Origin: Sphagnum compactum
Taxonomy: Eukaryota
Length of the DNA: 64,000 bases
Assembly (NCBI GenBank): GCA_965153455.1
Contig: OZ234493.1
Span: 23,178,213 to 23,242,212 of the forward strand
Direction of reading: 5' to 3'
The notes below the pieces were generated by a model, which had not been told where the DNA came from, searched no databases, and was given only the letters and a program-made list of their open reading frames with translations. Made by a program: the position numbers and the translations under genes. Shown here piece after piece: positions 13,300-26,848 of this stretch. The stretch's first letter is position 1, and each line of letters starts with the position of its first letter.

Positions 13300-15050
13300 T
13301 TACAACACTACCACTGAACCAATGGTCCAAGTTTTCAAAGCAAAAGACCCTTCCATGTTTTTTCCTTGATCCATGTTGTGATGGCACAATCATAAAGAAA
13401 AGTGCCAACCATATAGAAAGGTTGTGCATACATATGAACCACCAAATCCAAATGCTTACAGAATTGATTCCAAAGTGTTGTCTTAAAAAAATTCAATATT
13501 AAAAAAATCCTTTCATCTTCCACAAAGCCTATAATTTAAATTGCAACCAACTTCGCCACCTTCATGAACTCATTGAAATAGACATGCAAAGAATAATGCA
13601 CCAAAAGAAAGTTTTTTCAAAAGCTTAGAGCAAAGGATTCAAATTCAAGGGTTGATCCATAGCCCATTACACATTAAATTTCATTATGATTTTGATAAAA
13701 AATAATTATAAATACAAAATGTTCACATCAAGATTTCAAAGATCCATGTTTGGTTTGATCCAGCTTCTTATGTTAACAATAAAACCCTTTCAATAGAGCC
13801 AAATGGATAGGGAAGGTTTCTTCACATGTGGATTTTAGCTAATAATATTAGTAGACCAGACCTAAAGCATCCATCACCTCTTGTGTAGGAAATATTTTTT
13901 GAAGTTCATCACTAAGCTTAGTTGCAACTTCCAAACACTACCATTGAACATCATTGACAATATGTTGGAATAAAACATGAATCACAGGAACATAGAAAAA
14001 TGTTCAAATGCAATGGCAATGCATCATAATGGAAATCCAACAGTGTGGAATTATAAGTTTTTCATACCTATGTTTAAATTAAATGCCACTCATGCACCAC
14101 CACATTTGATGTCCCACTTAACAAATTCCAATATTCATCAAGAACACATCATTCATCATTTAAGCAAATTGGGGATCATTGTATCAAGAATACAAATAGA
14201 TCTACTTGGCACAACTTTATAATAAAGACCAAAAAAAACATTGTCGAGATCAGGAGAACTCGATCAACTCATTCAACCTTTCAAGCATTCACATGAAACA
14301 AAAAAACCCCAACATTACCTCCAAGTCACAAAAAAGTTGAAAGTTATGGGTAGCTTGCAAAATTGTGGTAGAATCTTGATGCACCTTCAAAACCAAGGCT
14401 CTTTATTCATATTAAATTGTCTTTGCTAGGATAACATAGAAATTCATTGAATTTTAATGTTCCAAAGAATGCATTGACCATTAATTTCCATGATGTTGGC
14501 TAATTCAATAAACTTTTGGGTTCTTTTTGGATTGTGAGAAAAGTAAACATAAAGACTTTACAATATATTCTCAATCTTCCCTATAATAGATAGTTGTGAA
14601 ATGTATGCACTACCAAATTTGTGTGATGGTTCATGCAATGTATATCAACTATGAATGGAACATTTTGGTCTTTAAATTAGATTATCACCTTAGTTCTAAC
14701 ACCCTGAAACACACTAACCCCATCAGCTCCAAATGTAATATACTTTGAAGCCTTTGTTTCTTAATTCAAACCATCGTGCGAAACCATGGCATCCAATATA
14801 ATTTTTTTTTAATTATCTAAAGTGGCCCCATTAACACTCAATGCAAGGATAACAACAAAGGAGTTCTTTATCAACTTTCCACTTTTTCATCACATATGCA
14901 TAGATGGAAACCCAAGACTATTGATCCATAATTATGACTTTATCACATGAAAGGGAAACAAATTTAATTACCTAAACCAAACGGTGCAATGATAATCAAA
15001 CAAATCAAAAACCATGTCAAACAATTACCAAAACTGTTAAATTTATTACA
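13300..15050 (-). mobile_element. Highly decayed hAT-superfamily transposase relic
   Basis: Minus-strand fragments FGADGVSVFQGVRTKV (~14690-14733) and IHCMNHHTNLVV (~14608-14643) match the hAT 'DGASVM.G' and 'HCxAH.LNL' motifs. There are many stops and frameshifts, and the boundaries are approximate. Confidence 0.6.
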
Positions 15051-16656
15051 TTGTGGTGCCACTTTAATGTCATGGGAAGTTGTGTTAAATGATTAATATG
15101 AATGTTGAGGAATTCAAATAAAAAATTCATTTAAATTAATTTTGGGTTTTATTTTTAGTAAAAAGCTTTTGAACTTGAGCAATAAATTTTATTTTAGAAA
15201 TAATCAATTTTACAAAGAACTAAATTAAAGACTCTTTTGATAAATAAGTTTTGATGGGAAAAACTAAATGATCGTAATCTATTACCTACACTCTAAAAAA
15301 CACTCACAATAAAAAAATTATGGAATTTGAGATTTTTGGCAATTTAAAGTATGTTTCAATTTTTTTTTAATTTCAAAAGTCATTTACCACATGTAAATGA
15401 GGTGTAATGTAAATGAAATGCAAAAGAAAATTTTAATTTATGATGAAAAAACTAAAGTTTATAATGGTTAGCATATTTTTGGTATGATTCGAAATTATGA
15501 TCATTTTTTAAAATGAAATTAAAAATTTAAAACAAAATCTACACACTTTTAAAACCTTCATAGGTATTCAACAAATACTAACATGAAAATAACACCACGA
15601 AAATATTGATTGCTTATTGTATCTTTCCTAAGATTTGCATTAAAATGTTCATTTTTTGCATTCACATAAACATTGTTCATATAAAATTCCCCAACTTTAC
15701 ATACACTTACAATTACAACTAGAACCTTTTTCTTGCACATTTTTTCCAAAGGTTGTCCAACTTAAGGGCCAAAAGTTTTCCCCCTCTGTTTTGGAACAAA
15801 TTTTTCATTTGACCTAATGCACCTTCCCATTTAAACTCGAAATTAATTCAACCTATGAAAGTTTTGCATTCCAAATGTCTTGAAAAACCTTGTTCTATTC
15901 ATATTTTTTCCATTTTTGGTTATAAATTTTTTTAGGGTCCAAGCACATTAAATTGTACATACTTATTACCTTGTCAAGGTTAGATGAAAATAAATATTAA
16001 ATAACAATAAAACCCATAAAAAACTAATATTTCTAATTAAAAGATTCATAAAATTGTAATCTTAAATTATTATGCATTAATTTTCAACTTTCAAATAATT
16101 TCAAATACTTTTTGTTTATTTTTTTGAAATGTATGTAAATTCAAAGTCCATTTTTGTAGTGAAGGACTCATGTAAAACATGTGGGTGAATAGATTTTAAC
16201 ACTTAATTTTTTTACTTTTCATTATAACCACACCTAAAAAATATTATGATGTTTATGTCCCCAAAAATAAAGGAACAATTACAAGTAGACAAAAAGTATT
16301 CCCATTTATGAATTTACCACTCAACAAATACTTTTGGTTTACTTCTAGAATTAAAAATAAAATAAAAATTGGAAGTAAATCTTATAGTAATAATAAAGAT
16401 GCAAGAAGGTTTCAATTGTATTTCCATCCAATTTAATGTTATGTGTTTAGTTTTATATGCATGATAAAACATATAGTTAAAGAAACTCAGCTTTTGTGTT
16501 TACTTTGCCATAAGGTTTCATTGCTACATGATGTTACATCGATCATAATAGATTCATTTGTAAAAAAATCAATGAAATCTAAAGTTTTAAGGAAGGACTA
16601 AATTAAATGCCATTTTTGACAAAAGTTCAGAGCTTCAAAAAACTTTACAAGTTGTG

Positions 16657-17035
16657 ATGGTTATGCAATGAATGTAAATAGCAATGCAATAATGCAACAA
16701 ATGGTTACACAATGTTGTAATAGGTGGCGACATGATAAACAACAATGGTAGTGTCATAACAAATGGCTATATAATGAATGTATATAACATTGTAATAAAT
16801 GGCTACACAATGAATGTAGGTAGCACCACAATAGATGTTTATGCGACAAATATAAATAGGGCCACAATAAATGGTTACACAACAAACAATGATGATAACA
16901 TTATAACAATGGATATATGACAACATAAGTAACACCACAACAAATGGTTATGCAATGAATGCAAGTAGCACCACCATAACCATTTACACAATGAATGGCG
17001 ATGGTTAAATGATGAATGTAGCAAATGGTTATGTG
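16657..17035. repeat. Degenerate ~36-bp minisatellite
   Basis: About 8-10 diverged units of ATGG(T/C)TA(T/C)(G/A)CAATGAATGTA..TAGCACCACAATAA. The ORF at 16732-16920 shows 12-aa periodicity. Confidence 0.7.
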
Positions 17036-17266
17036 ATTCAAAAACTTCAAGAAAACATGACAATGAAAATGAATGAATTACTTTTAATTTTAATCTTGAA
17101 TCTTGTCTCTTCAAAATATAAATATGGATTTTGAAGTTTGGTGCAATAAGATAAGTTGCAAAATCATGATATAATTTAACAAATTTTAACCAATGTTAAT
17201 ATTTGAACATCATAACTTCATATGTAATGGAAGTCCCATTTAACTTTATGTAGGCAACAATGGTGA

Positions 17267-18158
17267 TGTCATGACCTTAGCCTTGGGCTTGCGACCAAGG
17301 CAAAGGCATGGAAAGGTGCAAGCCAAGAGTGTAACCTGGGAGTCACATTCACACTCACGGGAGTGTGAGAGAGTGTGAAAGAATGAACCCACACAATCCC
17401 AAGTGAACTCCCACTTTGGAAATTGGAGACCCTATGGACTTCTAAATTTTCAATGAGTGATTTAAGAAGTCAAAACTCATTGGATTGAAAAGTTCTTTCT
17501 ACCATTGAAAAGTTCTAAAGACGCAGATATCTAAAATGGGCTCACATGATCTATTATGACTGAAAGAAAGGCTGGAAGTCAAAGTGTAAATTTGTCTCCC
17601 GACCACTAAAAATTGAGAATCACCCTAAATTGCATGCTTGCAGGTGGCGTGCCACATATTGTTGGAAAACTCTCGACTAGGGCTACAACTTTGCATTAAA
17701 CATCACCTCAATCGGAGGTCTGCACAAGAAGTTATGGCCTTCATAGTGGCGAGAGTCCCAATTTCAAGAATTTTGAGATTCCCGACTTGGGAATCTTGGG
17801 AAAATTGGCATTTGGATGTAGCCCCCATGGCTAATCATAAAGAATACTATAAAGGGGAAGGTGATGGCTTCTTTCAAGTCCAGGCCGTGGTGAATCTTGT
17901 GAGTCCATGTATACCCGTGGTTCGTCCGTGCACTAAAAGTGCTCCAACTATGCATTAATTAACTTGTTGTTAGTTTGTGCAAGTCCATATGAATAATTGA
18001 CTCACTTGTCATTCATCCTAGTCCCCATCCCGGAGCTCCAACATGCCCCTTTTACCCCCGAAGTGTTGCGAGCTAAGGATTGTACCCCAACTCCTTTTTC
18101 TATTGTTTTCATTTTCAGACTCGCATTTGAGTTTTTCAAGGAGTTTGGAGGTGTATCA
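17267..18158. mobile_element. Old solo LTR (TG...CA), same family as 32002-32823
   Basis: Starts TGTCATGACC and ends GGTGTATCA. Flanks GGTGA and AATGA look like a decayed 5-bp TSD. It shares CTCCCGACCACTAAAA, CATTTGGATGTAG, AGAATACTATAA.GGGG..GGTG.TGGCTTC and CAAGTCC.GGCCGTGGTGA with the 32 kb element. Confidence 0.75.
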
Positions 18159-18509
18159 AATGAGAAGACCTCCTTCGCAAATGACAATAGTTGAAGACAA
18201 TGACAATGAACATGAATGGGATTTTGACGAAAAAAGAAAAAAATAATTAAGACATCAATTAATTAAGGTTAAAAAATGTTATAATTTAGTTAGTACTAAT
18301 CACAAGCTCACCATACATGGTGATGGGTTTGGGGTGTATATATAAGATGTAAACAAAAATAACTTAAACCCTAAACCCTAAATCTAACATTTATGAAATT
18401 TTGCTAAAAAAACTTTGTTTTTTAAGCTTCAAGGTATGAATTCCCTTTTTTAGGTAAAAATTTGGTGATTTCACCATTAAGAAAATGTTGTTCTAAATAA
18501 ATTTTTTTG

Positions 18510-18780
18510 TCAATTTTGTGATGTAACCAAAATGACAATGATCCACAAGAAGATTTAACCAAATTTGGCTATAAGCTAAATATGAAAGTAAACTTTTCAA
18601 AACATCCTTCTATATTTTTGGCTATATACTTGAACCATGTATAGAAATTTGGTGATTTTTCTTAAATTTTGGTAGAATTTTAATTATTGAAAATCTCAGA
18701 AAACACTTGATTTTAACATTTTAAGTTTCTTACATAACTTTTTGGCTATATATAGCGCTAGCAACAAAAGGTTGTTGGTT
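18510..18780. repeat. Dispersed AT-rich repeat family
   Basis: TTTTGTGATGTA.CCAAA.TGAC.ATGA...GATTTA.C.AAAT.TGGCTA recurs at ~20027-20170, and related sequence occurs in reverse orientation at ~45690-45830. Confidence 0.5.
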
Positions 18781-21700
18781 TTAGTCTTTACCTACTTACT
18801 AAATTATCTACATGCATCTACTTACCTAATTGCCACCTATAACCTTCCTACCTACCTACTTATCATAGAAAATTTTACTAGGGTGAAACCTAATGTTAAC
18901 TCAATTAAGATGAATTTCATCCACCTATTTCCTTTCCTACCTGTACATGTATGATACCTATTGTTTGTAACATAGGTAATAGCCTTGAAACTTGAAACTT
19001 GATTTTAATTTAGTTAGGTTTCATCCACCTATTGCTATCTTTCCTACCTATAGGACATATTCTTTACAGGATCTGTTACTAAAGTGAAACTTGATATTAA
19101 GATTATCCATAAAGTTAGGCAAATATGACACCGGAAGCTCGTGTTTACTTGACACAAAAGAAAACAAAGGGCTTTGATGAGGGGCATAACTGCTTTTTTG
19201 GCCTCAATTCAGCACTGCTTTTCATGCCAAGTTTTTTTGACCCATGCAAGAATGCGAGCCTATGTCTTTTTCTTTGTCCTTCAAAAAAAAAAAATTGGTT
19301 TTCATAATTACAATTGTTGGGAGTGTGAGCTTACATTTCCTCCTCTTTGTCCTTTGTTTGATTTCTTTTGATTTTTTTGCTTACAATTGTTGGGAGCTCT
19401 GCATCATAGCTCAATTCAAAGTGTAGAGAGAAGGGTTCAACAAGAAAATACTAGTGCAAAGGCGGCTGAATGACTGTGCAGAAGAGTTGAAGTTTGTAAA
19501 ATGCATGAAGTTTGAGTGTGAAGGAGAGTTGTGTGGCAAAGGCAGAGAATTGCATCGCCCTATTTTAGGTGAGGTTTAGTCCTAGGGTTGCGAAACTGGT
19601 GTTCATCTCTGGTGCTTCTAGTGGGAAGATGGATTGTGATGAAAAAATTCGCAAACCTTGATTTCTATTAGCCTTTATCCATAGCCAATAATTGTACCCA
19701 TAATGCCCATTGTGTAAATATTCTATAGCTAGTAGCCAATATCCATAGCCACAAGCAATCACCATAGCCAAGGGCAATAATCAATAGCCAATAACCATAA
19801 ACAATAGGCAACAACCATAGCCAAAAGCAATAGCCTTATCCATAGCTAATAACCATAACCATATTAATTATAGTGTAAATATCCATAACTAGTAGGCATA
19901 ATATCCCTCCCAATTTCTAAAAGGGAAATTCATGGATATAAGGTGCCCTCCACATACACTACAAATTTTCTCTGAGCGAACAGGATATCAATAGCCTATA
20001 CGTAGTAGCATGGTTTTTTGTAAGGATTTTGTGATGTAGCCAAAGTGACGATGAATTCTCAAAATGATTTAGCGAAATGTGGCTACATATTAAATATGAA
20101 AGTATTAGAAGAAAAAACAGAGTCCTTCTTGGCTACCTACTGGGACTTATCATAAAAATCTGGTGATTTAAAAAACAATTCTTCTTTTTTTCAAAACCCA
20201 GGACTTGGTTTTGGTTTTTTTTAATTTGAGGAGTGGTTTCTGTTCTAGTTCTAGAACCTATGATTAAACTTGGCTAGTTCCAGTTTCCGGTTCTAGAACA
20301 TACAGTTCTTGGCTCTAAACTTTAAAAAAAATCAGAAAACTCATCTAAATTTAATTTTTTTGAAAATAAAAAATCTCAAAGAATCTGGAAAACTTGGAAC
20401 ATAATCCAGAAATTAAAATCAAAATAATCAGAAAGGTAATCCAAAATCATCTGGAATTTTTTCAGATAACCGAAAATATATAGAAAAAAATAAAACCATC
20501 TTGAAAATCAGGAAAATATCAAAAAAATCTGAAAAATGAATGAAACAGTAAATAAAGAACAGGGAAATGAATTTTTTTTTCAATACTCCAATTCAGTTCC
20601 TGTTCGAATATCAATTTGGAACCGAACCCCGGGTCTGGGTCAGGGGTCAATTCTGATTACAGTCAGGGTCAGAATCAAGGTTTGGTTCCCACCCAGCTCC
20701 AGAACCTAACCAATTTAGACTAATTTGAAGCAAATTGAATCCTTGAGTTGGACCGTACCTTGGTCCCTATCCTGATTCTTGGTTCAAAATCAATTGGTTC
20801 AGATAAAAAAAAACAGTGCTGAAAGGAGAGCTCCTCCAAAACAGGTGCCATGTAGGTTCAGCCTCAATTTGCCACTTTTTGGTCTTGGACCCTCGTCTGA
20901 AAGGCCTTGGGACCAATTTAAAGCTTTCGATTGATAAGATTGTTTGAATTCATTAGTCCCTAGGTCTTGGACCCTCGTCTAAATTCGCCCTTAGTTATCA
21001 GGGATCTGGGTACCTGTTCAACACTGGTCTTATTCATTCATGTATGAATGCTTTTAGAGTTTTCTCTTAGAAGGGATCAGAGAACGTAGAGGCGGTCTGC
21101 TGGTTCCAGTTCTGAGTCGTCACCAGTGCACAAGCCGGGTGAAGCTTTTGACCAGGATATGGTAGACCCAGTCGCAGCTGCAACCTAACGACAGGGATCA
21201 CCACCTTCCTTCCTGGTTCCATAATAAGCAACTGGCTGGTTTGGGTGTCCTATTTGACCAGGACATGGTGGACCTGGTTGCAGTCCCAAGTCAGCAGATC
21301 ACAACTTTGTTAGATGGAATGGATCACTCTGTAGTAGGATGTCCTATTTAGGCACGTGTAAAGTCTTTGTAGGATTTGAATTAAAGCCAATATGAGGACA
21401 ACTTGGCATGTTTAGACATTGAGTTGAACTAGCAGACAAAATCTGCCTTTTGTCAAATGGTGGTGGTATGGGAGTAGGGTGGGCCTTTCATTTGCCACAA
21501 TTACATCTCATCTTATATAATGGAAGCATTGCAACAAAATGTGTTCTTATGCCTCAAGTGATTTCATTAGAATCATTTCATTGGAATTTGAGTGAATTTA
21601 GTAATCCCAATGAACATGACCTAATGGGGATGTACTGATTTCACCGATGGAATGAACATGATGTAATGGTGATGCAATGATTCCAATGGTCCAATGAACA

Positions 21701-22202
21701 AGGACCAATGAATTGCATTCACATTTTGTACTTGTGATGCACTAGTAGAAAATGTGGGTACAATTCATTCATTATGGGCTTTAAATATGAACTAAGTCAT
21801 TACATTTGTATGCCATGGGTGGATTTTGAAACATTCATGCCCACTTTTAGTTAAGCAACTCATTAAAGTAAGTAATAAATATGTTAAAATAATATCTTAG
21901 AATCAATTTCTTATTCTCTAAACTTATCCAAAGTTTGTGGTTTCAAGTCATTTTTGACATTATAACATTATCTTGTGCACTTTAAGAATGAATCTTTCAA
22001 GCCTAACAATCTCATTCCCTTCCCCTATCAAACTGCATGGGTGGGTGTATTCCAGGCCCCCTAAAATGTGGCATTCTATTTTTAGACGTCACATTTAGAT
22101 AATATAAGGTTTCCTGGACGTCGAAAATAAGAAGTGAATGTTTTGTCTGGAAACGTTACATAGACGTGTCATTGGAGGTGTTCTCATCGTACCTGACATA
22201 CC

Positions 22203-22835
22203 ATGTCGCGCAAAACACCATTCCAGCTCCCTCATGCTCTTGAGTTTGGCTTGCTAATCACCGGTTGTGACACGAAGTCCTTGGTCACTTCAGTGTTGTG
22301 CCGCTTCTGTGCGTGCTTCAAGCGCGCAGAACAACCAGGGGCCAAACGCCAGCGGACAGAAAACACCAAGTACTACTTGAACCCTTTCCGCCCGCAAGGA
22401 AAATTATGAAAAACACAATAGCAATCAACACCCTGTTGAATGGGAGAAATACAAAAAAGCTAGCAAGGAAGAAAAAATGGAGTTTTTTGAAACAATGAAA
22501 TATGTTTCGATCGAACGTTTCATCTACACGAGTGGCAATATCCTCGAATTCATTGTGGATTCGAAAATTGTGGAAGACATTGTTGCACAGCTGTTTTTTC
22601 GTCCTAACGACAACTTGGATGCGTTGTCCTTGGAGAAATCCATGGCGCTTTTCAAGAAAGTGCCTGACACCACGACCTCATATTGCATCACCGTAAAAAA
22701 CGTGAAACAATTCGAACTCGCTCTTGATCACACTTCTATTGGTTTGTCATTTCATCAAACATCTGCTGTTATTGATCAGCACAAAGAGGCGTTTGGGAAT
22801 GCAAAGCTGGTGGGCCCCAACGATCACATTGTCAG
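22203..22835 (+). mobile_element. Frameshifted, truncated transposase-like fragment with a BED-like zinc finger
   Basis: MSRKTPFQLPHALEFGL...CRFC...YYLNPFR continues as KENYEKHNSNQHPVEWEKY...EKMEFFE once a CCGC duplication (22388-22395) is removed, giving CxxC...HxxxxH. The fragment is a GC/CpG-rich island that ends abruptly at ~22835. Confidence 0.6.
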
Positions 22836-25447
22836 CCTATTTCTAATTAATTATTGTACATTCCGAAGATTTTTTGAAAATGATTATAAATTTTATATTT
22901 ATAAAAATGACAAACCTCCACCTTCTTTACCATTACTCTTATCAAATTTTCACATATTACATTTGGAAATTTTCACTTTCAAAATGAAGTTAAATATAAC
23001 CTTTCACATTAAAAAATCATAAATAAAAGTAAAAATATCAAGAAAATCCTTTCATATTGTCTTCTACTTTAACAATTCCAAAAGGAATGTGAAAGACCAT
23101 ATGAAGAATTTAGTGCAAAAAAAATTGACATGGTTATGCCTTTCCTTATTTTCCCATCACCAAAATTCATCATGCTTTTCAAATTCAAATTTAGATGATT
23201 TCAATAATTTCTTGATTTTTGGATTCAATCTAATTGAAATTGGTTGAGTTTGATTCAAATTTTAATTCAATTCAATTTTATGAAGATTAATCAAATTGAA
23301 ATTGAATTGAATTTGGTTGAATTGAAAATGACAATTATATTTCACCACATGTGATTAAAATTCAATTCATTTTATTTTGGATTCACTTGAAAAAATTGGT
23401 GAATTCGAATTTGAAATCCAATCCAATTCAATTTAGTTGAATCAATTTCAATTTGGTGAAATTTAATTGAATGTTATTGAATTGAATTTTGTGGGTTGAA
23501 ACAATTTCTTGAAAGTTTAGAAACCATTCACATCAAATGGTGGATTTTCTTGTTATCATGATGTCAAGAACTTTCTCATTTGTAGCAAAATGAAAGGGGC
23601 ATTTGTTTTGTTCATTTTGTCTTGAGGAAAAAAATGTGTTGACATTATGAAATGTCAACAATTTTTGTTGATGGTTATGAACTAGTTGACATTTACATTA
23701 TTTTCATGTCCATTAAGATGCTTATGATATTGACATTGGCTATGTGGTGTAAATATGATGAATGTGATAAAAAAAATTGTATGACATTGATAAAGTCCAT
23801 ATATGGTAATGAAGAAAATTTTAGCTTGGCATGTTTGTTTTCTTTTTTTGCATAAGTGCAAGATGTGTGGGAAGATAGAAAATAAGGCAAATGTCAACCA
23901 AATTAGTATGTGAGGATGTTTTTTAGGTTGTGTTGTTTTATGTGAATTGGGGGGGGTGGTTGTTTACCATCCTCAAAATGTTCCCAATAGCATCACACTT
24001 TTTATTCAATATGCTTTGCACAAAGTTGTCCTTTTTTCATCTACATAATTGGGCCAAGAAAGAGGTATTCCATACTTCTGGTCTTGAGAATAAAACCTTT
24101 TGTTTTGGGATGCTCCAAAGTTTTTCCCCTTCTTTGGTCCACAAAATTGTCGTAGAGGTCAAATGAACTCAAAACCTTTTTGACCCTACCTTGAATTGAC
24201 TACCAAGGATAACATTTAGGATGTGCCTTACATGGCCTAAACTAATGATGAGATACAATGGTGGCATAATGAATAAAACTAAATTTTCACAAAAGAAAAT
24301 TCATATTTTCATTAGTTTATCATCACTAATAGTGCAAAGCCCACATGATTTTAAAAATAGAATGATCATAAAAATAAAACTTAAATACTAATTTAACTTA
24401 AAACCTTAATTGTTAAATGATTTTGGATGTTTTTTGAAAAATGAATGAAAATCAATTCACATTTCTATTCTATTTAAACATTAAAAATGATAATGTCTTT
24501 ACCCCTATACAAATGTTTCTCCTTAAACATCTTAGTGACATTACTGTTTAATCATTATATTTTTGAATTGACACTATATAATCTTGCATTAATTTAGAAA
24601 TTTTTTGCCCGGCCACAAGGTTTTAATATTATTCAAACAATTATTTTAATCTTGGAATTTAAAAATAATTTTTCACCAATCCATATATTGCATTGCAGTA
24701 ATGATACAATTATTAGATGTTTGTATGTTGAATGTATGTAATGTTAATATATTTTATTTGATACATTACGTATAATAGATTTAATAATTAACATGTAATA
24801 ACCAATGTATTACAAATAATTATAAATAAGTGAAATATAATATTGCTTGTTGACATATCTACTATTGATTTTATAATGTAATATGAAATATTGATATCAT
24901 TTTTATTATTAATTAAGCTACACTAATGTTTTAAAATTTTATTTATTTTAGCCATAAACTATTTTGCATAAAAAATTGTTGCAACTTGTCAAAGCTTATT
25001 TCTTCATGAAAACATTCATAAGTTGTTATTAAATAATGAAATTCCAATGTGTTTTTCTTCAAACGGTTGGGAATTTTGTATGTTTATTTGTTATAAATGT
25101 GTACACCTTTGAAAAAAACTTCAAAAATGAATTCTCTTTTGTTTGGATTGAACAAAAAACGAAAAAAAATGTTAGATTTTGATTTATAAAAACATTTAGT
25201 GTAATTTTGATGTATGATCTTTAAATTTTTGTATTGTGCAATATAAAGTGGTTGTAGGTTGACAAAGACAATGAAATGTTTGAAATGTCTCAATCAAGGT
25301 TCAAACATCATTAACTATAGCCAACTGTCTGCTTCAGACCTCAATCAAATCCGACCGTTGGATCAAAACCTAGAGGCCTGTAATTGGGTCTGTCGCTCCT
25401 TAATTGGGAGCCATATTCATGATGATTTGGGTAGTTGTAAAACTGCA

Positions 25448-26848
25448 CTACAGTTGCTGAGCACAAGCGTCGTTGTCGAGTCCTCCCGGGCCACCGAAAT
25501 AGAAATAGCTTCCTGACGAAGACGACCCGGGATTATTCCCTGCTTCAAGGTTGTAGCAATTGGCATCAGTCACAGCCGCGTAGCTGAAATTGGCATCATA
25601 GAACTTGCCAGAGTAGTCGGCGTATGTGACTTGGTTGTGGTAAGCGGCAACGGGGAACCCATTTTGGGCAAAGGCACCGGATCCCATCCCTGTGGTTGTG
25701 TGCCCATTTGTCCTGTCTGACGGAGCTATTTCGCCGCCCCATTGTAGCTGATCGGCACCCGTTTGTAGAGTGGTGTAAATCGCTGAAGGCCAGTACCCAA
25801 CCCATGTGCCTTGGACATTCAACCACCAGCCAGGGGTCTGAGAGTCGTAGACTATGCTAATCCGCACCTCGTATTCGCTGTTTGCATTCTCACCCAGTGA
25901 AGTGTATGGCGCCAGGACTCCTCCTAGTACCCAAATACGGTTTACCTGAACAAACCCTGCACAATGTAGATTGTAGCAGCCCGTGCCCTGGTATGCATCC
26001 ATTGTCCAGTAGATGAAGAGATGAGGAGCTAGAGGGAAGTTGGACGGATGCAAGGCTGGGTATACGTGCCACCCAGTTTCCGCAGTGTTGAGGTCATCAT
26101 TTGCATAAGAGCCAGCAAGTACCCACACCTGTGAAAGACTGAACTCAGAATCTGGATCTCCAATGATCGGGTCGTTCACGCTGAGAGTTGTTCCCTGTCC
26201 TTTGTATGCTCCCACTTCCCTTGCCATTGAGATGATAGCATATTCATGTGCAGGTGCACCCAAAGTGTCTGGACGTGAATAATCATCTTCCGGCCGGTGG
26301 TGTTTTCTGAAAGCAATCTGTTCTGGTTCGCTTCGTTGCACTGGGATGGAACCTTCAGGACATCCCCCGTGCTCCCTGGCAAAGGCTTGTGGGTGCGGCT
26401 GATCATGATCCACCGGTGCTGAAGAAACATCAACTTCTTGTAAATGCAAAAGGTCAGACGATGGTACCATGTGGATGATGTGATTCTTGAGAGCAGGGTG
26501 ATGGGCTGCAATTTGATGTTCCACCGGGACGCAATCTACCCAGCTTCTATCTGATAGTTGGAATGACTCCACAGCAGGGCCATGCCTAGCTGCTGCAGCT
26601 GGTCCACTACTGTTGCTGCTCGGGTACAAATAAGGTTGTAATCGTTTCGAACCTCGATCATGACGCGGCAGACTTCTCGACGCTTGAGATGACTGTACAA
26701 ACAGTAGCAGCTGAATAAATGTGATCAGTACAGCAACAATCCAAAGTCTATACGCCAAATTTCTCCTTGCAGCTCCAGTCCCACCGGATAATCGACCAGA
26801 TCTTTTGAAAGTCTCCATGGAAATTCCTTCTCTCTTGATACCTTTCAT
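25448..26848 (-). CDS. Neprosin-family glutamic peptidase (propeptide plus neprosin domain), 466 aa, uninterrupted CDS
   Basis: N-terminal hydrophobic segment. Propeptide motifs DCVPVEHQIAAHHPALKNH and CPEGSIPV. Catalytic-domain motifs HEYA, EFSLSQVWV, AETGWHVYP, LFIYWTMDAY..TGCYNL.C.GFVQ, GYWP, WGGEI, HTTTGMGSG and FYFGGPG. Confidence 0.93.
   Translation of the reverse strand: MKGIKREGISMETFKRSGRLSGGTGAARRNLAYRLWIVAVLITFIQLLLFVQSSQASRSLPRHDRGSKRLQPYLYPSSNSSGPAAAARHGPAVESFQLSDRSWVDCVPVEHQIAAHHPALKNHIIHMVPSSDLLHLQEVDVSSAPVDHDQPHPQAFAREHGGCPEGSIPVQRSEPEQIAFRKHHRPEDDYSRPDTLGAPAHEYAIISMAREVGAYKGQGTTLSVNDPIIGDPDSEFSLSQVWVLAGSYANDDLNTAETGWHVYPALHPSNFPLAPHLFIYWTMDAYQGTGCYNLHCAGFVQVNRIWVLGGVLAPYTSLGENANSEYEVRISIVYDSQTPGWWLNVQGTWVGYWPSAIYTTLQTGADQLQWGGEIAPSDRTNGHTTTGMGSGAFAQNGFPVAAYHNQVTYADYSGKFYDANFSYAAVTDANCYNLEAGNNPGSSSSGSYFYFGGPGGLDNDACAQQL

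Noticed and set aside
18366-18382. Interstitial telomere (AAACCCT)2
   Set aside because: Only two units, too short to be meaningful.
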